A DNA stretch of 64,000 nucleotides from Candidatus Parcubacteria bacterium (GTDB taxonomy: Bacteria > Patescibacteriota > Microgenomatia > UBA12405). How positions within the stretch are numbered: the first letter of the stretch is position 1; the number at the start of each line of letters is the position of its first letter. The notes beneath the pieces are model-generated. The model was not told the origin of the DNA. It ran no database searches and saw only the letters and a program-made list of their open reading frames with translations. Made by a program: the position numbers and the translations under genes. Shown piece by piece: positions 8,732 through 19,192 of the stretch. The stretch covers positions 29,948-93,947 of the forward strand of contig JAEZTF010000010.1 of assembly GCA_023443725.1 (NCBI GenBank), read 5' to 3'.

Positions 8732-11146
8732 GTGATTATAAATACTTTATTGAAGAAATTTTATTTTTTATTTTTCTTAATTTTACCATTCGTTTTACCA
8801 TATGACGTTTTAGCAGAAAATTATTTAGTCGATAATTTTGATTCTTTGGGAAACTGGGTTTTTATTCCTAGTAGTACATCTGATTTTAATAGTTGGTCTG
8901 TGTCAAATAATAAATTGATAGGTAATATAAACAGAAAAGGTAGTTCACTTTTAATATCAAAAATGAATAACTTTGGTGAAAATTTAGATTTCAGTTTTAA
9001 TGGGACAAATATTAATGGTATTGATCAAGAAGTTTTATTTGGTGTAAAAGACTTAAACAATTACTATGTTTTGAATACTAGATTTGAAGAACCTTCATGG
9101 TCTCAGGATAAAAATATTAATCAAGTTGTTTTATGGAAATATTATTCTGGTACTTATCATGAAATGAAAAGGATTGAACTTAAAAATTTTGGTATTAATT
9201 TAGAGAAAAATGTCGCTTATGAATTTTCAATAATCATTAGAAATAATGAGATTGTAGTTTATATTAACGATATTTTAATATTTTCCATTGTTGATCAAAA
9301 TTTATTTTATGGCGGTGTTGGTTTTTGGAATTGGGGAGGTGATTATAGTAAAACAGTTAATTATTATTCTGATTTAAGAATTAATTCATTTTTGACTCCA
9401 ACTCCTACCCCTATTCCAACCAACACTCCGTTCCCTGATCCTACATTAACACCAACATTGGCACCGACTATAACACCTACTCCAACACCAACTTTTACAC
9501 CTACACCAACGCCTACTCCGATACCAATTCCTAAAAAAAAGATTTTTATATTACCAGGATTAGGGGCGAGCTGGAACCCGGAGGCAATTGTTTACAATAA
9601 AAATGTTAGTAATAATGATTGGAAAATGACTCCTTTTGTTAATAATTATGATGGCTTGATTGAGAATTTAGAAAAAAATGGTTTAGTAAGAAATCAAGAT
9701 TTCTTTGTTTGGAATTATGACTGGAGAAGATCAATTAGTGAAAGTGAAAATAATTTTAATATTTTTCTAGAAAGTAAAAATATAAGTAATAATGATGAAA
9801 TTTATTTAATAGGTCATAGTCTTGGTGGTGTTGTGGCCAGAATATGGGGACAAGAACATTCAAATGATCAAAGATTAAAAAATATAATTACTTTAGGTTC
9901 TCCTCATTTAGGTTCTTTGGACGTATATACTGTTTGGAATGGTGGCAAAGTGGCTAATTCAAAAGGATTAAGTTCGGTAATTTTTCAAATTTTATTAAAC
10001 TTACAAAATAAAGGTTTTATTACTGATCTAGATAAATTAAGAGCTTATGCCCCAGTGGTTAAAGACTTATTGCCTACTTATGATAATTATGTTTCTAGAA
10101 ATGGTATTTTATTAAAACAAAATCAATTGGAAACAAAAAATAATTTTTTAATAAATAAAAATAATCAAGTTAGTAAAATATCAGATAAATTGTTTTTATC
10201 GACTGGTGTTGGATTTTCAACTCCAAATATAATTAAATTAATCAACAGGTCGGTTTTTGATAAAACTTTTGGTTTATGGCCAGATGGAAAATTTGTGGGT
10301 TATGGTTATGAAAATGGTGATGGTACTGTTTTAAAAAATAGTGCTAGTTTTGGTTCAACTGAATTGACTGAATTAAACTCTGATCATGGTGAAATTGTAA
10401 ACAACTCTTTGACATTCATAATGTCAAAACTTGGTTTAGAGAGTAAGAAAGTTGATTTTATTTATAATGATAATTTTGCTAATAGTTTGATTGTTTTTGT
10501 TGGTTCACCAGCGACTGTGTCTTTAAAATGTGAAAACGATATTTTAAATGAAGTTGATGGTTTTGTAGTTATAAATAATAAAAATTATAAAGATTGTAGT
10601 TTAAATCTTAATCCCATTGATAATGGGACTGTTCATTTGGTAGTTGGAAATACTAATAATAACGATTGGAATTATATTGAGAAAAAAGTCTCATTAAGTA
10701 ATAAAGAGAAAGTAATTATTAATTTTTCTGATGGATCGATAAAAATTGATAAGTTAAATAAAGATTTTTTAATCTCTTGGATAAAATCTGACTTGCAACA
10801 AATTAAACTAGATAGTGCTATTAAATATTTAGAAAAAGGAAATTTAAACCAAGTGGTAAAGATGGTATTTGTTTATAGATGGAAAACAAAAGAAATGATT
10901 GTTAGTCAAAGAATTTTAAATAATTTGTTTATTTTAGGATCGATAAATAAATCAAACAAGAAAAATATAAATTATAAGTGGATATATATAAATAAAGATT
11001 ATTTAAGTAAAAGAATAAAAAATAATCGTTACTCTGCTTATAGTTTTGATAAATTAAATAAATTTATTGAATACAAAAAATATCCGGATGAAGAAATGGC
11101 TAGATCTTTTTTTGATGGATATTTAATGGAGGCTTTAGGAAATTAA
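8732..11146 (+). CDS. Secreted multidomain protein with an N-terminal lectin/ConA-like domain, a Pro/Thr linker and an alpha/beta-hydrolase lipase/esterase domain.
   Basis: Signal peptide. PT-repeat TPTPTPIPTNTPFPDPTLTPTLAPTITPTPTPTFTPTPTPTPIP. Nucleophile elbow LIGHSLGGVVAR (GxSxG). Confidence 0.6.
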   Translation: MIINTLLKKFYFLFFLILPFVLPYDVLAENYLVDNFDSLGNWVFIPSSTSDFNSWSVSNNKLIGNINRKGSSLLISKMNNFGENLDFSFNGTNINGIDQEVLFGVKDLNNYYVLNTRFEEPSWSQDKNINQVVLWKYYSGTYHEMKRIELKNFGINLEKNVAYEFSIIIRNNEIVVYINDILIFSIVDQNLFYGGVGFWNWGGDYSKTVNYYSDLRINSFLTPTPTPIPTNTPFPDPTLTPTLAPTITPTPTPTFTPTPTPTPIPIPKKKIFILPGLGASWNPEAIVYNKNVSNNDWKMTPFVNNYDGLIENLEKNGLVRNQDFFVWNYDWRRSISESENNFNIFLESKNISNNDEIYLIGHSLGGVVARIWGQEHSNDQRLKNIITLGSPHLGSLDVYTVWNGGKVANSKGLSSVIFQILLNLQNKGFITDLDKLRAYAPVVKDLLPTYDNYVSRNGILLKQNQLETKNNFLINKNNQVSKISDKLFLSTGVGFSTPNIIKLINRSVFDKTFGLWPDGKFVGYGYENGDGTVLKNSASFGSTELTELNSDHGEIVNNSLTFIMSKLGLESKKVDFIYNDNFANSLIVFVGSPATVSLKCENDILNEVDGFVVINNKNYKDCSLNLNPIDNGTVHLVVGNTNNNDWNYIEKKVSLSNKEKVIINFSDGSIKIDKLNKDFLISWIKSDLQQIKLDSAIKYLEKGNLNQVVKMVFVYRWKTKEMIVSQRILNNLFILGSINKSNKKNINYKWIYINKDYLSKRIKNNRYSAYSFDKLNKFIEYKKYPDEEMARSFFDGYLMEALGN
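9395..9532 (+). repeat. Low-complexity ACNCCN repeats encoding the Pro/Thr linker.
   Basis: Visible tandem degenerate repeats. A similar linker is encoded at about 49730..49860. Confidence 0.7.
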
Positions 11147-11180
11147 ACTCTGTTGACTATTTTGATTTTTTTTTGCTAGA

Positions 11181-11750
11181 ATGCAGTCTATGGTGAAAAG
11201 TGGAGAAAATTTGAATGCCCCCATTAATTTAAAAGATTATCTTAGAGTAGTTCCAAATTGGCCGGAAAAAGGAGTAAATTTTATAGATATAACTACGGTT
11301 TTGGAAAATAGAAAAACTTACAGTGAAACAATTGATAGAATGACACAATTAGTTTTAGATCTAGGTCAAGATGTGGATAAAATTGTGGCTATTGACGCAA
11401 GAGGTTTTGTATTTGGTGGTGCCATTGCTAACAGACTAAATCTCGGTCTTTCGTTAGTCAGAAAACCGGGGAAATTACCATACGATACTATTAGTGAAGA
11501 ATATGAAAAAGAATATGGTAAAGATACTCTCATAATGAATGTAGACACAATAAAACCAGGTGAAAAAGTAGTGATTGTGGATGATCTCTTGGCTTCTGGT
11601 GGAACAGCAGAGGCGGCAGCTAAATTGGTTGAAAGAGAGGGTGGTGAAGTTGTTGGAATGATCTTTATGGTGAATTTACCTTTCTTGGGTGGAAGTGAAA
11701 GATTAAGTCAATATAATCCAAGATGGTTAGTTGAATATGATTCGGAGTAA
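11181..11750 (+). CDS. apt: Adenine phosphoribosyltransferase.
   Basis: PRPP-binding motif VVIVDDLLASGGTAEAAAKL. A strong promoter (TTGACT-17-TAGAAT) directly abuts the ATG, so the mRNA is possibly leaderless and the true start may be ATG 11190. Confidence 0.85.
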   Translation: MQSMVKSGENLNAPINLKDYLRVVPNWPEKGVNFIDITTVLENRKTYSETIDRMTQLVLDLGQDVDKIVAIDARGFVFGGAIANRLNLGLSLVRKPGKLPYDTISEEYEKEYGKDTLIMNVDTIKPGEKVVIVDDLLASGGTAEAAAKLVEREGGEVVGMIFMVNLPFLGGSERLSQYNPRWLVEYDSE

Positions 11751-11756
11751 ACTTTT

Positions 11757-12797
11757 TTAAAGTTTACTTATTTCAATCATCAATTCTTCCAATATTTTTT
11801 CTTCAGGTACGGTTTTTAAGACAACACCTTTTTTAAAAATGACGCCTTGATGATGACCACCAGCAACACCGATATCGGCTTCTTTGGCTTCCCCTGGTCC
11901 ATTAACCACACAACCCATAACGGCAACAGTAATTTTTTTATCTATACCGACTAATGCTTTTTCAACTTTATTGGCTAATCCAATTAAATCAATTTCGGTT
12001 CGACCACAAGTAGGACAAGAAACAAAATTAACTCCCCTATCTCGTAACTTTAAAGATTTTAATATTTCCCAACCAACACGAACTTCTTCAACTGGATCTC
12101 CAGTTAAAGAGACACGAATCGTATCACCAAGTCCTTCAAAAAGCATGATTCCTAAACCAACGGAACTTTTTATAGTGCCACTATTCAAAGTGCCTGCTTC
12201 AGTGATACCAAGATGAAGTGGATAATCGACTTTTTGAGAAAGCAGTCGATAAGCTTCAATAGTTCTTTGAATATCAGAAGCTTTTAAAGAAATGACAATA
12301 TCGTGGAAATTAAGTTTTTCTAAGATTTGAATATGTTTTAGAGCACTTTCAACCATAGCTTTAGCAGTTCGACCATATTTTTCTTCTGCTTCTTTCTCTA
12401 AAGAACCAGTATTGATACCAATACGAATAGGAATTTTTTTATCTTTACATGCGTCAACAACTTTCTGAACATTTTCATTAGAGCCAATATTGCCTGGATT
12501 TATACGAACTTTATCAACTCCATTTTTGATTGATTCTAAGGCTAATTTATAATCGAAATGAATATCAGCAACTAAAGGAATATTTATTCCTTTTTTAATA
12601 TCTTTAATGGCTTTGGCAGCAATCATATCAGGAACAGCAACGCGAATAATTTCACAACCGGCATTTTCTAATTTTTTTATTTGAGAAACAGTGGCTTTAG
12701 CGTCTCGAGTGTCAGTATTGCACATGGATTGAATAGAAATTGGATTACCACCACCAATTTTTATATTATCTACTTGAACAGTTCTAGTTTTTTTCAT
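11757..12797 (-). CDS. ispG: 4-hydroxy-3-methylbut-2-en-1-yl diphosphate synthase (IspG/GcpE).
   Basis: [17 protein letters not shown] ... [10 protein letters not shown] ... [10 protein letters not shown]. Confidence 0.9.
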   Translation of the reverse strand: MKKTRTVQVDNIKIGGGNPISIQSMCNTDTRDAKATVSQIKKLENAGCEIIRVAVPDMIAAKAIKDIKKGINIPLVADIHFDYKLALESIKNGVDKVRINPGNIGSNENVQKVVDACKDKKIPIRIGINTGSLEKEAEEKYGRTAKAMVESALKHIQILEKLNFHDIVISLKASDIQRTIEAYRLLSQKVDYPLHLGITEAGTLNSGTIKSSVGLGIMLFEGLGDTIRVSLTGDPVEEVRVGWEILKSLKLRDRGVNFVSCPTCGRTEIDLIGLANKVEKALVGIDKKITVAVMGCVVNGPGEAKEADIGVAGGHHQGVIFKKGVVLKTVPEEKILEELMIEISKL

Positions 12798-12833
12798 AAT
12801 TAATTAGTCGTACTTTTTTAAATTTTCCTTTGT

Positions 12834-12909
12834 TGGTGGTCGCTACAGGACTCGGACCTGTGACAACCGCAATGTGAATGCGGTGCTCTACCAACTGAGC
12901 TAAGCGACC
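12834..12909 (-). tRNA. tRNA-Val (anticodon CAC) with encoded CCA.
   Basis: Reverse complement GGTCGCTTAGCTCAGTTGGTAGAGCACCGCATTCACATTGCGG...AGCGACCACCA folds as a canonical cloverleaf. Confidence 0.8.
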
Positions 12910-12944
12910 TAGTATTTCGTAATTATATCAGTTAGAATGAACTC

Positions 12945-13538
12945 ATGAAAAATGTTTATAAAAATCAATCTGGATTCGCTTTAGGAAAATTTTTATTGGA
13001 ATTTATTCAATCAATTGTTTTGGCTTTGTCAGTGTTTGTTTTAATTTATTTGTTTGTGGCTCAACCAAATGAAGTTAAAGGTACTTCGATGGTTCCTAAT
13101 TTTTTAGACAAAGAATTTCTATTAACAGAAAAAATTTCTTATCAGTTTAAAGGAGATCCACAAAGAGGAGATGTAGTAATTTTTAAAGCACCAGCATCGG
13201 AATCTTGTTCAGAAGAAGGTTGCGAATATATTAAAAGAGTGATTGGAATTCCTGGTGATCGAGTTATGGTGAAGGATGGTCAAGTTTATTTGAATGGAGA
13301 AGTATTAGATCAATCCTTTTTACCCAACGGTGTAATCACCGAGGCCGGATCATATTGTCAAGAAGGTTTGGAGGTTACCGTTCCTGCTGGAAAGTATTTG
13401 TGTTTTGGTGATAATAGACCAAATTCAAGAGATGGTCGAGAGTTTGGTCCTATAACTCGTGATTTAATTATTGGCAAAGCTTTTCTTAAATATTGGCCAG
13501 TGGATTCAATCGGATTAATTCCAAAAGTATCTTTTTAG
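12945..13538 (+). CDS. lepB: Signal peptidase I (S26).
   Basis: TM, then GTSMVPNF (Ser box), RGDVVIF, YIKRVIGIPGDRV (Lys box) and GDNRPNSRDGREFG. Confidence 0.85.
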   Translation: MKNVYKNQSGFALGKFLLEFIQSIVLALSVFVLIYLFVAQPNEVKGTSMVPNFLDKEFLLTEKISYQFKGDPQRGDVVIFKAPASESCSEEGCEYIKRVIGIPGDRVMVKDGQVYLNGEVLDQSFLPNGVITEAGSYCQEGLEVTVPAGKYLCFGDNRPNSRDGREFGPITRDLIIGKAFLKYWPVDSIGLIPKVSF

Positions 13539-14377
13539 TTATTGGTAAGGTCTTTTTTACAAATTTGTTTATAAAGATCTTTGAGGTTGTCGAATCTGTG
13601 ATCTACACTACCTTTAAATTGGAAAGTTACTTGAGTGACAATATTGGTTTGAGTGATTTTGACATTGGTAGTATTGTCTTTAAAGAATGTTTTGAAGTCG
13701 GAGCTGATATTATCTAATTTGGATTTTAAAAACTGAGGAATATTTTCTTTGGTGATTGGCACAGTTCCCTCTTCGATTTTTTTACGCATTCGACGAGCAA
13801 TATCTTCAGCTCGACGAACAGAAGCTTTTTCACGAAGAACTATTTTATAAGCCTCAATCATAAGTCTAGTATCTCCAATACTAGATAAGGCTCTAGCATG
13901 GCCTTCACTAATAAGTCCAGATAAAAGACCATCTTTTATAGCGTCTGGAAGAGTAAGCAATTTAAGACAATTAATGACATAAGGAACACTTTTACTGACT
14001 TTTTTGGCTATCTGATGATTGTCAAATTGAAACTCTTCTTTAAGTCTAAGAAATGCTTTGGCTCGTTCTATTGGGTTTAAATCTTTTCTTTGGACGTTTT
14101 CCACAATAGCCATTTCTAACATTTGTTGTGGATTGGTTTCTTTGATAATAGCTGGAACAAATTCTAGTTTTAATATTCGAGCAGCTCGCCAACGACGTTC
14201 TCCGGCAATTATTTGAAATCCAGCAGGAGTTTTAGCAACAATTAATGGTTCTAAAATACCATGTTCTCTAATTGATTCAACTAATTCTGTAACTGATTCT
14301 GGAGAAATAATACCGCGAGGTTGAAGAGGGTTTGGTTCTAATTGATTAGTAGGAATTTGAGTTACTTGTTTCATCAT
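13535..14377 (-). CDS. parB: ParB/Spo0J-family partition protein. No parA is adjacent.
   Basis: ParB N-terminal box GILEPLIVAK...FQIIAGERRWRAA, then an HTH. Confidence 0.75.
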   Translation of the reverse strand: MMKQVTQIPTNQLEPNPLQPRGIISPESVTELVESIREHGILEPLIVAKTPAGFQIIAGERRWRAARILKLEFVPAIIKETNPQQMLEMAIVENVQRKDLNPIERAKAFLRLKEEFQFDNHQIAKKVSKSVPYVINCLKLLTLPDAIKDGLLSGLISEGHARALSSIGDTRLMIEAYKIVLREKASVRRAEDIARRMRKKIEEGTVPITKENIPQFLKSKLDNISSDFKTFFKDNTTNVKITQTNIVTQVTFQFKGSVDHRFDNLKDLYKQICKKDLTNN

Positions 14378-14444
14378 GAAACAAGGTTACTATGAAAAAG
14401 TCCGTGAAAAAAGGAGGGTAAAATAATTCAAACAATATCAGAAA

Positions 14445-14696
14445 TTAAGCTTTGATGACAGAAACAAAACTTTTGCCTAGTTTTTTGAAGAATTTGACAA
14501 TTCCTGGTTTGATAGCGTAGATTGTATAATCTTTGCCTGTTTTTGTGCCAGGGCCACCTCGAAAACTAGAACCGACTTGTCGAACAATAATTTGACCAAC
14601 ATCTATTTTCTGGCCACCAAATTTTTTAACTCCTCGCCTTTGCCCAGGACGATTGGCTTTTTGATTTGTTTTACCTTGTGTTTTTTTATGTGACAT
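14445..14696 (-). CDS. rpmA: 50S ribosomal protein L27.
   Basis: KKFGGQKIDVGQIIVRQVGSSFRGGPG...GKDYTIYAIKPGIVKF. Confidence 0.85.
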   Translation of the reverse strand: MSHKKTQGKTNQKANRPGQRRGVKKFGGQKIDVGQIIVRQVGSSFRGGPGTKTGKDYTIYAIKPGIVKFFKKLGKSFVSVIKA

Positions 14697-14698
14697 AT

Positions 14699-15013
14699 TT
14701 AGTTAGAGATTTTGGTAATTTTAATTTCAGTTAATTGATGACGAAAACCAGTTGTTTTACGATATCTAGATTTGCCTTTATATCGGAAAATTCTAACTTT
14801 ATCGCCTTTATAATTTTTGACGACTTCAAATTCGACTTTGGCGTCTTTAACTGTTGGGGTACCGACTTTAATATCTTTTTCATCAGATGTTAAAAGAACT
14901 TGATCACAAGTAGATTTTTCACCTTCTTTTAAATTTAGAGTGGTTACAGATAATTTTTGATTTTCTGTTACTTTGAATTGAGAGCCACTAATGGCAATAA
15001 CTGCGTGTTTCAT
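14699..15013 (-). CDS. rplU: 50S ribosomal protein L21.
   Basis: MKHAVIAISGSQFKVTENQKL...VRIFRYKGKSRYRKTTGFRHQLTEIKI. Confidence 0.85.
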   Translation of the reverse strand: MKHAVIAISGSQFKVTENQKLSVTTLNLKEGEKSTCDQVLLTSDEKDIKVGTPTVKDAKVEFEVVKNYKGDKVRIFRYKGKSRYRKTTGFRHQLTEIKITKISN

Positions 15014-15051
15014 ACTTTTCGATTATAACATAGGAAAAAATGTTGACAAGC

Positions 15052-16050
15052 TCAGGATGAATAGATAATTCCAATTGAAAATAATAAAGTCATTATTGAT
15101 GATCCACCAACAGAAATAAATGGTAAAGGAATACCAGTTACAGGAAGGATACCAATGTTCATACCTATATTAATAAACATTTGTATCCAAATTTGAAAAG
15201 CAATTCCTAAAATAAATAAAAATAACGGTTTATTGTTGGTAGTATTAAAAGCTTTTTTAAATAAATTTGTTAACAACAAGAAATAACCGGTAAAAATAAT
15301 TAGAATACCAACAAGGCCTAACTCTTCAGCCGTGGCGGCAAACATAAAATCTGTGTGTTTTTCTGGTAAAAATAATAATTGTCCTTGAGTTCCTTTTCTG
15401 TAGCCTTTACCAAAAATTCCTCCAGAACCAACAGCTATTTTGGATTGAATAACATTGTACCCTTTACCTAATGGATCAGACAATGGATTTATAAAATTAA
15501 TTATCCTATCTTTTTGGTAACCATGAAGAATATATTTGTAAACAAAAGGTGAAAGAGCGATGAAACATATACCTAAAATAAGTGATAATTTAAGTATTTT
15601 TTTATCATAAAAAATCACCGGAATAATTAAACAAAGAACCGATATAGCACTGCCTAAGTCTGGTTGAAGCATGATTATGCCCACTGGAATTAAATGAAGC
15701 AAAGGTAAGTTTGAATTGGCTAAAACTAACATAAGCCATGGCTTAGTTACTTCAGATGGTTGGATGGTAGTGCCAGCTATATTAATCCATCGTCTAGAAC
15801 CACGAGTTATATTGTTTAATAAAATGGGTAATATTAAAAAAACACAACAAACTATAAATATAAGCCACTTTGAAGAATTAATTTGTTTAACGTTTATTTG
15901 TTTTCCTAAAAAAAATAAACCAACCCCAATCCCCCAAGCAATTAATTGTTTTGCAACTAATGATGGGGCAATCGAGCTGATCATTAGAATATTGATACAA
16001 AAAAGAATACCAAAACTAATCAAAAGCGAAAGTTTGCCTTCTTTAAACAT
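15052..16050 (-). CDS. SEDS-family peptidoglycan glycosyltransferase (RodA/FtsW-like), short 332-aa form.
   Basis: IAVGSGGIFGKGYRKGTQGQLLFLPEKHTDFMFAATAEELGLVG, about 9 TM helices. Confidence 0.7.
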   Translation of the reverse strand: MFKEGKLSLLISFGILFCINILMISSIAPSLVAKQLIAWGIGVGLFFLGKQINVKQINSSKWLIFIVCCVFLILPILLNNITRGSRRWINIAGTTIQPSEVTKPWLMLVLANSNLPLLHLIPVGIIMLQPDLGSAISVLCLIIPVIFYDKKILKLSLILGICFIALSPFVYKYILHGYQKDRIINFINPLSDPLGKGYNVIQSKIAVGSGGIFGKGYRKGTQGQLLFLPEKHTDFMFAATAEELGLVGILIIFTGYFLLLTNLFKKAFNTTNNKPLFLFILGIAFQIWIQMFINIGMNIGILPVTGIPLPFISVGGSSIMTLLFSIGIIYSS

Positions 16051-16059
16051 TATTTAATT

Positions 16060-18867
16060 TTAGTTTATTTTTTCAATTTTGAGGGAATCGGATTGTTTAA
16101 TGCTTTGGCCTAATGTTTTGGAAAGGATTTCTTTTTCAAATTGGCTAGGCCAATTTGGGGCAAAAATTATGATTTTGTCTTTTAAATCCAAGTTGGCTTC
16201 TTTTCGAAGACTTTGAATTGAACGAATTAAATCTCTAGATTCTCCTTCTGCTTTTAGTTCTGGTGTGATGTTTGTGTCTAACAAAACAGATAAATTGTCG
16301 GATGATTTAACAATTTCTATAGTTTTTACATTAATTTCATTTTTTATAATTTCTATTAATTTTTCAGATAAATCTAATTTTTGATTAGTAGAAATAGTTA
16401 GTTTAGACAAAGGTTGACGAGTGCTAATATTTTGAGTTTTTCGAATCATATTCCCCTGCTCACAAATTTGTTGAACTAAAATCATATCATTAGCTAATTT
16501 TTCATTGAATTGGTCAACATTTGGATAATTTTCCAAATGAATGGATTCTGATTTGGTAGAATCAATATTAACAACTAAATTTTGCCAAAGAGTTTCAGTA
16601 ATAAAAGGAATGATTGGAGCGACGGCTAGACTAAATTTAACCAAAACTTGCCAAAGAGTTTGTAAAGCTTGTTGGTCACCTGTGGCAAATCGATCGCGTG
16701 ATTGACGGATATACCAACGAGAAAGATCGTTAATAAAAGGTTCAATTAATCTAGTAGCATTGGGAAGATTATATTCTGTTAAATTTTTTTCTAGATTAGA
16801 AATAAAATTATTAGTTTGATTTTCGATCCATTGGTCAAGAACATTATCAGAATTTTGTGTTTCTAAGTTTGGAGAAAAATCAAAAAGATTAGCGTAAGTG
16901 ATGAAATACTTATACGAATTCCAAAGTGGTAATAATATATTTTTGACTTGATTGTCGAATTCTTTTTCATCTAGATTAATATTTTCTCCAACCATAATGA
17001 CACTACTCATAAGATAAAGTCGCATAGCGTCGCCACCATATTTTTGAAGAACCATTTTTGGATCTGGATAATTTTTGAAAAGTTTACTCATTTTTCGACC
17101 ATCATTCCCCATCATGGTACCGGTGACAACACAATTCTTGAAACTTTCTGATTGAAATAATGTGTTGGATAAAACATGAAGAGTGTAAAACCAACCACGG
17201 GTTTGACCAATATATTCGACTATATAATCGGCAGGAAAGCTTTTTTCAAAAAATTCTTTATTCTCAAATGGATAATGCACTTGAGCATAAGGCATAGCCC
17301 CTGATTCAAACCAACAATCTAAAACTTCAGGAACGCGGTGGGCTTTTTTCCCACATTTATCACAAGTGACGGTAACTTCATCAATATCTGGTTTATGAAG
17401 ATTAGTGATTTTTTGTCCCGATCTTTTCTCCAATTCAGCAATACTAGATGGAACGAACCTTTCACCACATTCACATTCCCAAATTGGAATTGGTGAAGCC
17501 CAAAAACGAGATCGAGATAAACACCAATCTGGTGCTGTTTCTATCCCCTGTCCAAAACGACCATCTTTTATATGATCTGGTACCCAATTAATATTTTGGT
17601 TGGTAGATTTCATTTTATCTTTGACTGATTGAACATTGAGATACCAAGCACTTTGAGATTTATAGATTAATGGAGTACCACAACGATAACAAAATGGGTA
17701 ACTGTGAGTAATCAAATCTTGTTTAAAGAGTAAATTGCGACTTTTTAAATCCTCAATAACTAGTGGATCAGCTTTTTTAACAAAAAGATTAGCAAATGGT
17801 TTGACTTGATCAATAATTTTACCTTCATCATCAACATGGTTAATTAAAGATAATTTATTTTCTTTTCCAAAATTAGAATCATCTTCACCAAAGGCAGGAG
17901 CAATATGAACAACGCCGGTACCATCAGTCATAGAAACAAAATCAGCATGATAGATTTTATAATCGTTTTGTCCAACTTCAAAAAAGTTATAAAGTGGTTT
18001 GTAAGAAAGTCCAATCAATTCTTGACCTTTAAAATCTCTAATAAGCTCATATGGTTGATTATCAACCACTACTTCAATTCTGGCTTTTGCTAAAATTAAA
18101 TTTTGCTCATTTAATTTGATTTCAGAATAAATTTCATCTTTATTAACAGCAAGAGCAAGGTTGGCGGGAAGAGTCCAAGGAGTAGTTGTCCAGGCTAAAA
18201 CATAAGCATCACGATCTTTTAATTTAAACTTAATGGAAATAGCTGGATCTTCAACATCTTTATAGGAATTATCCATAGCAATTTCAAAATTTGAAAGTGG
18301 GGTGGAACATCGAGGACAATATAAAGAAATTCGGTTACCTTTATAGATTAATCCCTTTTTATAAATTTCTGAAAATACCCACATGACAGATTCCATGTAT
18401 GGTAAATCCATGGTTTTATAGGCATTTTTTAGATCTACCCAACGACCAACATGATCAATATACCAAGGCCATTCTTGAGAAACATTTTGAACATAATCAT
18501 AACAAGCATCAATATATTTTTTGATACCAATTGATTCAATATCTTTTTTATTTTTTAAACCAAGTTGTTCTTCAACTTTATTTTCTGCTGGAAGTCCATG
18601 ACAATCCCAACCCCAAACACGACGAACCCTTTTACCTTTCATAGTCCAAAATCTTGGAACGACGTCTTTGGCAATACTAGAAAGCAAATGTCCATGATGA
18701 GGCATGCCGGTAATGAATGGAGGACCATCATAAAAACTATATGCATTTTCTTCTGAACGAGATTCGACTGATTTTTCAAAAATCTTTTTATCTTGCCAAA
18801 ATTTAATTATTTCTTCTTCAAGAGAAGGAAAAGTTATGTTTTGAGGAACTGATTTAAATTTTGGCAT
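16060..18867 (-). CDS. ileS: Isoleucyl-tRNA synthetase, type 2 (eukaryote/archaea-like).
   Basis: Class I signatures PHHGHLL (HIGH), GWDCHGLPAE and KMSKL (KMSKS). CPRC zinc knuckle. 935 aa. Confidence 0.85.
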   Translation of the reverse strand: MPKFKSVPQNITFPSLEEEIIKFWQDKKIFEKSVESRSEENAYSFYDGPPFITGMPHHGHLLSSIAKDVVPRFWTMKGKRVRRVWGWDCHGLPAENKVEEQLGLKNKKDIESIGIKKYIDACYDYVQNVSQEWPWYIDHVGRWVDLKNAYKTMDLPYMESVMWVFSEIYKKGLIYKGNRISLYCPRCSTPLSNFEIAMDNSYKDVEDPAISIKFKLKDRDAYVLAWTTTPWTLPANLALAVNKDEIYSEIKLNEQNLILAKARIEVVVDNQPYELIRDFKGQELIGLSYKPLYNFFEVGQNDYKIYHADFVSMTDGTGVVHIAPAFGEDDSNFGKENKLSLINHVDDEGKIIDQVKPFANLFVKKADPLVIEDLKSRNLLFKQDLITHSYPFCYRCGTPLIYKSQSAWYLNVQSVKDKMKSTNQNINWVPDHIKDGRFGQGIETAPDWCLSRSRFWASPIPIWECECGERFVPSSIAELEKRSGQKITNLHKPDIDEVTVTCDKCGKKAHRVPEVLDCWFESGAMPYAQVHYPFENKEFFEKSFPADYIVEYIGQTRGWFYTLHVLSNTLFQSESFKNCVVTGTMMGNDGRKMSKLFKNYPDPKMVLQKYGGDAMRLYLMSSVIMVGENINLDEKEFDNQVKNILLPLWNSYKYFITYANLFDFSPNLETQNSDNVLDQWIENQTNNFISNLEKNLTEYNLPNATRLIEPFINDLSRWYIRQSRDRFATGDQQALQTLWQVLVKFSLAVAPIIPFITETLWQNLVVNIDSTKSESIHLENYPNVDQFNEKLANDMILVQQICEQGNMIRKTQNISTRQPLSKLTISTNQKLDLSEKLIEIIKNEINVKTIEIVKSSDNLSVLLDTNITPELKAEGESRDLIRSIQSLRKEANLDLKDKIIIFAPNWPSQFEKEILSKTLGQSIKQSDSLKIEKIN

Positions 18868-18885
18868 ATAGTGTATTTTACAAAA

Positions 18886-18958
18886 AAATCCTTCAAATTG
18901 AAGGATTTTGAATGCCGATTATCCCCTATTTGGGGAATCGGCTATTTAATAATAATTA
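18886..18958 (-). terminator. Two tandem hairpins on the minus strand ending 20 nt before the ileS start codon. The distal one is a canonical intrinsic terminator: perfect AATCCTTCAA/TTGAAGGATT stem plus T7.
   Basis: Minus strand reads GCCGATTCCCCAAATAGGGGATAATCGGC ... AATCCTTCAATTTGAAGGATTTTTTTG. A TATAAT box lies about 125 nt upstream on the same strand, at about 19000. Confidence 0.55.
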
Positions 18959-19192
18959 TTTTAGATGATTTAGTCATCGAATAGGTTTATTATACACTAT
19001 TTGGATTTAAAGTATATTGACTTTTGATGAATGTCACCATAAGATTGGGTACTTTAATAAAAATGGTTATTAAAGTTGAAAACCTTTTTATAACTGAAAC
19101 GAAAGCGTTTTGGTTTTTAGATAAAAAAGTTGGTTCTTTAAAAGAATAGATTTTGTTAAATTATTTTCAAAAAATAAAGAAAGGAGATTTTT

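Noticed and set aside
11366-12216. Short ORFs antisense to apt (11366..11548) and ispG (11884..12216).
   Set aside because: Antisense shadows of strongly supported genes.
18868-19190. T-box riboswitch upstream of ileS.
   Set aside because: No AGGGTGG/ACCGCG T-box sequence on the ileS strand, and the leader is too short at about 125 nt. It is kept only as a hairpin/attenuator candidate.
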